From a virus (taxonomy: Duplodnaviria; Heunggongvirae; Uroviricota; Caudoviricetes; Crassvirales), in the IMG/VR virus record IMGVR_UViG_3300035698_016817, positions 1 through 64,000 of that record: a stretch of 64,000 nt of DNA; one strand, 5' to 3'. Each line of letters starts with the position of its first letter. The stretch's first letter is position 1. The position numbers were made by a program, and so were the translations under genes. Shown piece after piece: positions 27,583 to 39,500 of this stretch. The notes beneath the pieces were generated by a model. It saw only the letters and a list, made by a program, of their open reading frames with translations, had not been told where the DNA came from and ran no database searches.

Positions 27583-30500
27583 TTAACATTCTTCTTTAGA
27601 TACAGTTTTTCTTGAGTCCATTTCCAACCCAGTTGGCGCAGAGTAAGTGTTCATTTGACCCTTAAGTCTTTTATGATTTCCTGCGTCTAATTTGACAACA
27701 TCTTGTCGTCCTTCTAGTGCCGAAGATATGGACTTTCCTCTGTTGACTATTTTAAAGAGTTTTTGTCCGATCACCGCGCCCATTTCTGATTTAACATTTT
27801 GCTTAACAAACAAATGGTGAGCAACGTCTTGGTCGTCTTGACTTCTTATTGGAGGTACGGTGTAGTTATTCCAGATAAAGTTTTCTGCAAACTTTAAAGA
27901 AAATACTTCGTCTGCTCCTTGAGTGCTAGAGAAAGGAGTTAGGCCTTCCATGTTCCCTTTGTAGTTAGGTAAGATTGAGTTTGTCAATCTAGCGTAAGCT
28001 TCTCCTGGTATTCTATCCAAGAAAGAAAATGGAGAATTTATTGTCCCAGACTGCAATATGGCTGCCTGAAGGACCTTGTAAGCAATATTCGTGTTGTTTA
28101 TTGCGTCATACTCAATTAATGCGTTGTAAGCATCTACAAGTATAGCGTCATCCCACATATTCATTGCTTTGAATTGAGGCTCAACATAATCGTTTTGACC
28201 GGTGTTTTTAGGGTCTTCTTCTATGTAAGGAATTAAGAAGTCTAAAAGCTCATTTTTGTTTAGTGGATGAGACTCATCGTTTTGAATTTTAGATACAAGC
28301 TTTGCAAACGTTTTTGAACCATACATTGAAGCGTGGGCCGTGTCTTTTAAAGCCACTCCATCATCGTTATTAATGTTTTGCAGAATAGTTGTAATGTAGT
28401 ACTGCTCTAGTCTCTCTAAGACTCTAATTTTCTCATCCATAGACATTTTAAAGTTCTTAGGGTGAGTCAGAGAGAAAACAAATTCAGAGTATACTTGACG
28501 GAAATTATCGACAAGTCTTTGATCATTTAAGAACTTATTGTAATCCTGTTTGAAAGATTCTTCTTGATCTTTCTCTGTGAAAAACATGTTCTTAAATATG
28601 TCATCGGCCATGTTGGTAAAGTCTTTCATTGCAGACATGTATGACACTCCTTTTTCAAGAATTTTTTCAACGCCAGGGAAGACATTTCTTCCAATAACGT
28701 TTTCGTATTGAGAACGAACTAGTCTAGCGTGCGCTCTACTTTTAATCAATTTAGTGTCAACTGATTGAGCCGTAATTACAGACGTTATGTCTTCTCCAAC
28801 TTGAATGTAAGCTAGAAAGCTGTCAAGTATTTGAGACTGAAGCGTTCTTTGAGTGTCATCCAAATCTTCAATTGGAGTCTCAATCATCGCAGTCATAATT
28901 TCATCAGTAAGATATTGCTCTTCAGCACTTATTTTGCTTTCTGAAGAAGGAGCAAAAGTTTTAAGCGTTTCATTGTATACATCAACGTCTGTTTGATTTT
29001 GTTCTCCGTTTTTGCCTTTGATAGACGTCCTGGCTACAGAAGTTCTAGAATCTCTTTTTTTTATAAACTCGCGGATAATTGGTTGATTAAAGAACAGCGC
29101 AGTTGTTTCAAGTGGAACTCCATTTCTCAATAAAGAGAAGTATGCTGGAGCCGTTCCTGGAGTAATGTTTAGAATGTGCAAGTAAGGGTTTGCCACAACA
29201 TCTACCGCTAAGTTCAAGAACTCAGATAGTATTTCAGTGATCTTAACTCCGTTGACGTTCTCGATCTCTCCCATGGTAGAAAAAGGATTTGCTATTTCTC
29301 CCATTTCGTTAAATTCAACATGAAATTTATTCATCTCTGCTTCTACCCCCTGAGGATTAAACCATAGAATAGGACGGATTTTATTTCCATCAGGAAGTTC
29401 GTAAACAGTTTCCATGTTTAGGCTAGTTCCAGCAAGTTGTGATTGAACGTGATGCTTAGCCGTAACAGCTGCAATACCAAGCACTTTATCCGCTTGAGTG
29501 TAAGCTCTACCAACTTCAGCCATGTAGGGAATTGTTGTTTCCTTGTGCATGTTTACAACGTTTCCTAACTGAACAATATCAAACCCAGACTTTTCAAACA
29601 TCAGCAATAGACTGTCCTTCATGTTTTCCACGTTAGGAATAGCTACTGGATTCAGGTGCTCTTCTCTCCTTCCTTTATCAGAAAGAAGCTTAATTGAAGT
29701 CTCGATTACTCCGTTCTCTAGGGCTTTGATGCTTTGAACATCAAAGACTCCTTTGTCAGGGTTTTCGTTTCTCCACGTTTCGAAAGGCTTAGGGTAAAGC
29801 ATCTCTTTTTCTTCAGTCATAAACTCAGGAACAGCCTTTCTAATCTCGTCCATCTGAGCTATTAACTCGTCTATTTCTTCTTGATCAGCGTTTTCCGGTA
29901 CTTCTTCAGGAGTATACTCTTCGTTTGCTATACCTGGAAAACTGTTTAAAAACAGCACTGCCATTCTATCAGCTTCAATTGGCATGTCTTGAAGCCTATT
30001 CAATTTGGCTCTCAATCCTTTGAAATCAATGTAGTGATGCATGAACTTTCTTACAGTTCTGTCAACATTTGACTTGTACCAGTCCTCGATATTAGTGTAA
30101 AACTGCTCTTTTTGAGGAGCACCGTTCTTCATGTAATAGTTCAAGAACATTGTCGTCATCTTATCAATGTCGAAGTCACTACCAGACTTGAACACAACGC
30201 CAGGCGGGATTACAATTTTGGTCCCTGCATGCTTAGGTAAGAAAGCTTTGATCCTTAGGATTTCAATTGAGTGAATACCATCTGTTGGAATACGAATTCC
30301 AATAGCGTCAAGCAATTCACTAGAGTTAGGAACTGGAACGCCGTTGATAGTGATTTCTCCATCTTTAATTTGCACGTCAGTACCCGGAGCAATAAGCTCT
30401 TTGTACATGTGTGGCATCATGGTTTCAACTACGTAGTTCCCGTCTTCTTCGTACACTTTTAGTTCTTCACTGTAAAGTATACCGTTTTCATTTTCGCTTA

Positions 30501-33500
30501 CTTCAAATCCTAAACTTGAGATTTGAGTAAGGTTTTCTCCAAAGACTTTAGGCTTTACTACGCTTTTACTGAATGCGCTGTAATGCATCGCTTCAATACG
30601 GTATCTGTCAACGAAGTTTTCTAGTACAAACTCGCCTCCTTTATCAGAAAGATATTTTACAGTGTCCATTAAAGCCGCTCCAATACCTACTCGCAAGCCT
30701 TCTGCTTCAAGGTCTTTTAGGATTTTCCCATAAGACGCTTCAGTAAAGACAAACTTTGTATTCCCTTTATCATCAAATTCTTCGTTGATTCCGTACTTGA
30801 CAAGAGCTTTTTGAAGGTATTTTCCAGTTAAAGTTTCAATAACAGAATTATACGTGTCTACCGTTTCTTTGTACCCTGGCCTAGCAACTCCGTTTCTGTG
30901 AGTGTTAGCTAAAACTTGAGTCTTGTACTGAACAGCTGTTGAGACGGTGTTCTTAGGGTCTCCGGCCACAGGCATTTGTCTTCCCATAAAGTTCATGTCA
31001 AAGTTGACTATGCTGCCTTCAGGTGCTACTGCGTTTAGCCCGCCTTTACTGAAGTCCATGGTTTTTAAACCATTTTTGTCAGTACTCATAAATTGAGTTC
31101 TGGCAGTGGGTGCTCCAAGCTTCATGCCTGAAGGAAGAACCAATGAAGAAACTTTTTGATCGTCCATAAACTTGACCATCTTAAGAATGTTTGGGTACTT
31201 TTTACCCCCGACATGTCCAAGCTGATTGTATATCGGTATCATAGACATCTTAAGTGCACCTAAGCCTTGGAAGATCTCATCCTTACCGACCTCAATTGTT
31301 GTGGGGCCAAAGAACAAGTACTTACCAGATTGGAACGTAGCCCCTTTATTGTAGTCAAAATTCCCAGTTCCTTCTTTGTCTTCAATAAGCTTCCAGTACA
31401 GCTCTTCTTTTTTGATTCCCCAATCATCTGTAAGAATGCTAAAGAACCTGTAAGTCGGAAGCGAAACGTAATAAGAACCATCGGCGTACTCGACTCCTTT
31501 GTCTGCTAAATTTTTAAGTTGTTTCTTAGAAAGAGATTGTCTGTAAACTTGCATTAACGATTCTCCTAGCTGAGCTATTGGCTCTTCAAGCACAGCTCCA
31601 GAGAATGTTCCTTCCTCAATATTAATGTGAAGATTTTCGTTTAAGAACTTAGTACCGTCTTGAGTTTTTGTTCCTTGAGAAAAATACTTCATCATTCTGT
31701 CGGATGTATCAAGAGGTGTTTTTGTACTCGATGCCATAGCCATTCTCTTGAACAAATCAGAGAAGAACGCTGGATCTCGGAAGTACATTTTAAACATTTC
31801 GTGCTTACCCATTAATTGACGAACAACAACCTTTGTCAAGAGCTTCTTGATTTCAGCATCGTTGTGCATGGTTGTGTCTTTTTCAGTTCCAAAATGGTGA
31901 GGAGAAATACCTTGTACACGTCTACTTCCAGCCCCTACATTTTCAGTAATAAGCTTGTTTTTAGTCAAGTAATCGTCCATTTCCTGAACGTCTCTTTCAA
32001 TTCCTGCAGTAAATGCTGCGTCTAGTTCAGCAGTTAACCCTGATATTGACTCTATCAGTGAAGGGCTAATTCCGTCTTTGGCGATCTCTTCTCTGACCTT
32101 ACCTTGGAATTCGCTATTGAACATAAGTTCTGCGATGTCTTTTAGTATCCCAGCTTTTTCATCAACGTCTTCGCTTAGCAATCCGGCAAGTAATCTTAGG
32201 CTTTGAATTTTGTCTTTGTATTTAGACACTTCTTTTCCATTGACTCCATTGACCGCGGATTCTGCAACTTCATCGTATAGGTAATCTCGAAGAATAGGAA
32301 GCATTTCATTGACGGTATCAACGTACTTCATTGGTAGTTTAACACCGTACTCAGTTTTCTTGTTTCCCATACGTATAGGGATAGAGATTCCTCTTAAGTA
32401 TGCGTCAATGTGCGAAGTCATAATATCAGCTTCGTTCATATCCACAAACATCTTTCCTCTTGAATCTCCTGTGTCAGATCCAAGTCCGGCCATAGAGACA
32501 ACTTTAAAATCAAGCTCTCCTTCTTTCCATCCTTGTACCGCTCTACTGTGAGTGATGTACGGGCTAGTCTTAGGGTTGTAATATTTTGCAAGCGCTACAT
32601 ATCCAAGTCCAGGTATTGTAGACAAGTGATTAGGTTGAACCACACTATAACTCTGCTTGTTCTTAGCGTTTAAGTATCCGTGCTCAATTGCAGCGTCAGT
32701 TGACATTTCCAGTTTAATCATGTTATTCACACGAGTAACTGCGTTTGTGTTCTCTTTATTGAAGAGCGTTGCTAACGGGTTTTCTGCTTGCGCTATATCT
32801 GCAAAAATGGTTGTTGCGTCTTCAAAAAACTGAGCTTCTAATTCTTCGTCTTCTTGAAGCATAGAAGTCAATTTGGCTTCATCGCTAAATTCAATACCGA
32901 TTAGCTTTAGGTAGCCAATTGTGTCTGGTATGTTTCTGAACTTTTCAATTTGTCTGGAGAGAAATTTAAGCTTGATTGTAGCTGTTTCGCCTTTCTCTCC
33001 CGGTACTTGACTTCTCTTCATATACGTGAAGTCTTTCTCAACGTCAAATACAATTTGGCCTTTGTCGTTATTATTCACATACCCGTACCTTCTTTTTCCA
33101 GCGTTAGCTTTTAATATAGACCCCCATTTGATTTGGATCTTTTTCATCCTAGAGATTTCTGCAGGGTCTAACAAGTAAACCGTTCCATCTTCAGCGATTT
33201 TTTGAAGAGCTATGTCAAGATTAGCCTTGGCAAATGTGCTTCTAAAAGCAGTCATTCTTTCTAGGTTTTCGAAACGCTCTTTTTCTGGATTCAAATCAAC
33301 CATATCAATCACGGTTTGGACCCATTCATTTCCTTTTATCCCCTTGATAGACTCAAGTTGATCAAGTTGTGCGTCAATAGTCATCTTACCGGCAAGCTCG
33401 TTGTACAGAGTAATCAAAAGCTTTGGCATGTTGTAAACGTCAGGCAAGCCTATAGACGTGTTTTCTTTGCTCTGGATGGTGGATAGCATCATTCTCACTA

Positions 33501-36500
33501 ATAAAGGAGACTCAGTCACCGCAGACTCCTCCAGGGCGTCTCTTTCGTCAACAAAATCACGCTGAAACTTCTCAGTTTCCATTTCGTTTTCGTAATAGTT
33601 GTCTTCTAACGATTCAGCTTGATTAGTAAGAAACAAGCTTTGAAGCTTATCCATAGTACCAAGCACTGTCTTTGGATTGTTCTTGATGTAGTCATAAGCT
33701 TCAGTTACTCTTTCAAGTTCTTCTGCGTTTTCTCCAGACTTCGTTAAATCATCTTTTCTAAGAGCCAGGTCACGATACATGTCTCTTATAACAGTTTTGT
33801 AGAAAGCCCTAACTATAGTAGTTCTTGCTTCGCTTCCTTTTTTGTTATAAATGACAGAGTGAGTAACTGGAGCTTGAGGTTTTCCGCCGTATTTCCACGG
33901 CTTGTACATTCTTTTTCCAATGTAAGCAGACATAGATCTTACCATTCCTCTGGTAAATTTGTTATCTTTTTCCGGGATCTTAGTAAGCATGTCATAAGGA
34001 CCTGCAGGCTTATTTCTAGCGTCAAGTTTTACATACTTTCCTTGAGCTAAATTTTCGAATATGTCAGAAATAGACTCAGACTCTATATTAACTCCAAAAC
34101 TGTTATCTAGATTAAGTAACCTCCTCATCATGTTTTTGATGAAGTCAATAATCTTATTGAAGAAAGTCTTCTCTTCTGGAGAAGCTTCTGTCATGTACTC
34201 ATCAGTGTTTCCGTAAATCATTTTATGACGGAACCCTTCTGCTAACCACTCTTCAGCTTCTAGATCTGTAAGCTCAGAAAACAACTTATCCTTACCTAAG
34301 TAGGTAGTCGTCTTTCCTTTCATTTTTTTCACTTTACCGTAGATTCTCTTTCTGTCTTTGATAGAGATTCCGTAAATAGAAAAATCATGATAAGCTTCGT
34401 GAAATACGGTTCCTCCAGGGGCCAATGAGCTTAGAAGGACCTTTCCTTGCTCAACTAACCTGCCAATAGATTCTCCATCTTTACTCTTCATTGTTCCTTG
34501 AACCATTTTGACATCTAGCTTACGCATCTTAAGCGCTTGCGCAATCTGTTCTAGAACTTCGTCTTCAGTAGCAGAAACTTCTTCATTTTGAAGCAAGTCT
34601 AAAGAAGGCAAATCACCGTCGTCTTCTTCTTCGTTGAAAACATTGTCTTCTCTTTCCTTTTCTTTTTGCTCTAATTCAGCTAAGCGAGCTTCGTCTACTT
34701 TTCTTTTTGCTTCAATTGCTCTAAGAGCAGCCATTTGCTCTATCGTAATTGAAACATGATTAGCTTCAGACCACGCTTCAATTTCCTCATCGGTTAAGTC
34801 AGCGTCTTCTACCATGGAGTCCATAGTGGTGCCTGTCTCAGCGTCTGGGGCGATATCAACGAATTCAACGCTTTCGTTTATCTCTTCCTGAATTTTAATT
34901 TCTTGAGCAGCTTCATTTGCCTCATCGTTTACTTCTTCGCTTGCTTTTGCTTCTTCAGCAACTGCGTCATAAGAATCAAATTCCGACTCGCTTTCAGAGT
35001 ATCCACTTCCAGGAATATCCTCTCCTGGTTCATCTTGCTTTAAGAATCTAAATGGAGTGTTTGAAAGCCCATCTAAATCAACTCTAGTGTAAGCACCGTA
35101 AACTCTTGGGCGATCATAGTTTTCAAAGTCTTTTCCAAGAATTGTTCCTTTTATGCTTCTTGCTGCAGTTCTTAATGGAGCGTAAGAACCGTTTTTATCA
35201 GTCTTTTTTTGAAGAAGATATTCGTTGTACCCTGAATAACTTTTAAAGCCTTTAACGGTTAAGTCATCGTTTAAATCTATAAGAGCCCAACCTTTTTTCA
35301 GTGACGTGTATTTGCTGTTTTTGTATGCAGTAGTTCCAATCAATGTTGATGAATTAACGTTATGATACTTGTTCAATAAGAACGAGTTAAACGCTTCCAT
35401 TTTCTCTTCGTTATCAAAGTCTTCTAGATTAAGCTCTGTGCTGTCTAATCCGTAAACAACCCCAAAACCACCTTTAACCAATTGATATTTAAGAGTAAAC
35501 TTACTTCCTTCTAAACCGTGAGTGTAAACAAGGTCTTGAATTTGCTCGTTAATTTTTGGAGGGTTGTTTAGCCCTTTTGCTTCAAGCAACGTAGAGGCAG
35601 CAAGAGAAACAGCCTCTCCTTTAGCCGATCCGGCCGCTATATGCCCAGCGTACTCTGTAAGCATTTTCTTGTAAAGAAGAGTAACCTTAGTTGCTAGATC
35701 TTGATTTAAGAATGCTTTCCTCATTGGAATAGCAACTTGACGCACGTGATCATAAGCCCCTACTTGTCCAGGTCTTAACGTAAGTTCATGTTTCCCCCAG
35801 ACAAGTGTTTGCACAGAAGCAACGTTCTTTCCCTTAAGTGGGTTAGCCGTTTTAATTGAAACGTTAGGAAGTCCTTTTGACCCCATTACAGCGTCTTCAG
35901 CAAAGCTTAGTCCTTGCTCTTCAATTTCTTGTAGAGACATAAGGTTGATTGTTCCTTGGGCTTTTCCGTTTACCTCAGACATCTGCAAATCAGTGTTCTT
36001 AAGGATCTCGTCCCTGAAGGCTCTCATCTTGTTCTCTTCCCTTTTAATCTCAACTGGAGACATAGGAATATCACTACTATTAGAGTACCTAGCAACTCCT
36101 TGCTCGTTTAAGTAGAACGGTTCGACTAAGCTAGTAAACACATACCTATTGTTTTTATCCTTTACGAACGTCAAGGTTGTTTTCCCATTCTTCTTTCCAA
36201 TCTTGGCCAAGACACCTTTAATGTCTCTGTGGTCCGATGGAATATCTTTAAGGGGAGTAGTTCTGTTGTATTTTAAATCTTTCTTTTTGGCTGTTTCTTC
36301 AGTGTAAATCTGATTAAAGAACATGTCCTTCATCTCATTCTTCAACACCTTTGGAACGTTCCCTTGATGAACGTACACCATAACGGTTTTTTCACCTCTA
36401 AACCTGTTTTTATGCACGACCTGAGTTCCTTCTGAGTTCAAGTAATTGAACCAAACAAGTCTACTCTTGTGGTAAGCCAGCTCTCTATTTTGCTCGTCAT

Positions 36501-39500
36501 TTCTGTCCTTCACTTCTGAAAGAGACTTGTAAATCTGCATCGATCCTCCAACTGTTCCTCCTTCGTCTAATGCGTACGTTACGTGAGAACCACCGGTCTT
36601 GTTAAGGCCTTTGTTTACGTCAGGCTTAATCAGGTTTCTTTGTTCCGTAGTCAACTTAACTGGGTTGTCTATGTCTTCTTCTAAGGAGTCTGTATCTACG
36701 AAGTCACCTACTCTTGTTGGGACAAAATTCTTAATCCTGTCAAGGGTAGTCATGAAGAGTAATCTCACTCTTGAGCGCTCAGCATTATCTCTTTTTATCT
36801 CTTGTTCTTGAAGCTTTGCCTGCAGCTCTTTGAGCGCAGTTTCCATTCCCAAAATAGTTTGAGTTCCGTCAGTGTCTCCATCAACAAATTTCCACCTTCC
36901 TTTTCGGTCGATTACGTTTACATCAGGAAAGTCTTCTAAGAATCGCTTTAGAGTAGCAATCATTTCTTCAACAATAGATATTCTCTCTTCTAAGCCTTCG
37001 TTTTCAATGAAGTCAGAAACGTTTTTGACTTCCACACTTAAGTCAACCATTAATTTTTGAAAAGCCTCTTCTTCAGAGATACCCTCTTGTTTAGCTTTCT
37101 CAATAACCATGGTCCTAACATCAGTAAAATCGTCCTCCACGATCTCTTCTCCTGCAGCAAGGATTCCCTCCATTACGGCCAACTCAGTCTTAAGAAACTG
37201 TTCAGTCAGGGCGGCTTGTTTTTTTAAGTCAAATACTTTTTTCTTTACAACTGCAATCTCAGTTTCCAAGTAATTGAATTGCTTCATAAGCTCTTCTCTG
37301 GTAATGAATTTCTTCTTACCGTTGACTCCGTCTACTAGGAATTTATTTTGATTTAGGTTTTTCTTAGCCCTTTCAACAAGAGGCTTCATTCCTGTAATCA
37401 ATTCTTTAATCCAGTCTACTTCAGCTTCAAACTCTTCAATATGTTCTTCTGCTTCTTTTTGATTCTCAGTGAGATCGTACTTGTACTTTTTGATCTGATT
37501 TTTAAGCTCTATCCATTTAGAAGCTTTTTTCTCTTGTTTCTCCTTCCCTTCATTAGTTTGAGCTTCTAAAGCGTCATCTTCAGCTTTAATTTCGCCTTGT
37601 ATCTTAACTAAGCCAGCTATGTATGTTTTCAGATATTCTGGGTTCTGTAAAGAATTAAACAAGCGAGACGCATCGTGCATAGAAGCGCTAACTCTTCTGA
37701 TGTCCATTAATAATTTAACGGCGTCATCCATGTTTACAGCAGCATCATCTGGGCTTCTGTCCACCCAATCCTGAAGAAGGTCTTTGTCGTACTCCGCCCC
37801 GTTTTCTGGAAATATCCCTAGAATAGAAGTGTCTTTATCATTTACTTCTTCCATCTTGGCGATGAAAGCTTTGTGATCACTAATCTTCTTCTCTACTTCT
37901 TGCTTGCTTTCATTGTAAGCAAATGGGTCTCTTTCAATTTGAGCTAAGTATTCTTTTGCGTCCTCCAAGTTCTTAGCTACACTATTGTAAGGGCTTTGCT
38001 CTGTCAGGTTAATAGTTATTTTTTCACCTTCTTTATCAGTAAAAGTTAAGCTATTATATGTGTCAGAAAGATCGTTTACTTTGGCCCCCATGATCTTACC
38101 AAGGTCAGCAGTCATTTCATCAAGACGTTTCTCAGAGATGTCTACTGTTGCAGCGTGTCTGATTAGCTGAGTTCGCATCCAGCCTTTGTAATCTCCGTTT
38201 GATTCTGAAGGTGGATTTCTGCTAAGCTTTTCGTTTTCAGTCATAGGAAGCAACCTATCAACTTTGCTTTTAGCTTTTAGAATTCTTTGAATTGTTTCTC
38301 CTGTTCTTTTTTGAACTTCAGCTACACGCTCTTTAACTTGAGCTTCAGTCATGTCCTTGTCGTACCTGAACCATTTCTTGAACTCTTCTGTTGAAGCGTT
38401 GTCAATTGTTTTTTGAAGGTCTTCAAGGCTTCCTAAAGCTTCCATGTCAGAACGTAAAAGAACGTCTGCTATCAATACGTCTGTTTCTAGGTCTTTAGCT
38501 AGTTTGATATCTTTTTCCTCGTAAGCTTTTGATATGGCAGGACCGGCCGCAGACATCAAAGACATCATATAGGCCCTTTGGTCCATGTTTTTCAAGTCAG
38601 GATTTTTCTCTTTAATCTTTTCCCAATCAGCCATTCTTTTGGAAAGCTTCTTCTTTTGATCTAAAAACTTGATTCGGTCTTCTTCGTTATTGATATCACG
38701 ACTCATTGCGAACCCGGTTGCTCCAGGTAAACCTAGCGCAGCTGCAAGCGAACCAATTAAGACTTCTTTCATCCCCTCAGTGGTTCCGTAAGTGTCTCTC
38801 ATGGCGTCTTCCATGGCGTCAATATTGTTCTGGATGTACCCAATAGAACCTTCTTTCCCAATGACAGACATTTCTGCAAAGTTCTGAGCCATTCTCTGCA
38901 TAGAACCCTGGCCACCTTCTTCTACCAAACCTTCCCAAGCTGCTCTACCTGCCCAAGATGCGGTTCCCATTCCAATTGCACGTGCACCTTTAGATACGCC
39001 CATAGAGCCCAACTTGGCGCTGATTTTGTCTCCGATCGGACGAGACATTCGCTGCAGCATCTTAGGTGAGTAAAGATGTCCAAGCGTAATCATATTGCCC
39101 AATCCAACAAGAGCTAGGTTTCCAGCAAATACAGAATTTGAAAGTCCAGTAGCCTCGTTATCTAGATTGGTTCTCTCTTCTGGGGTAAGAAGTTCAAGCT
39201 TTTGTTCTCTGGATAGGTTTTCTCCTCGTCTTAATTCTTCCTCATTAATCTTGTCTTCGTAATGCGCAGATAAAAACGCGTCTACTGTTGAGTCATAGCT
39301 TTGACGGGCTTCAACTGAAGCTTCATATCCAGCACCAGTCCAAACTTGTCTTCCTACAGTTCCAGTCTCAGCAAGCAAAGACTTGGTCTTTGAACTCATT
39401 GCTGCTACTTCTGAAAGTCTGCTGGCCATTCTACCGGCTCTATTTAAAGCGCCTGCAGTACTGTTTGCTTTTGAAAACATCCTAGAAGCAAGAGCTGCAT

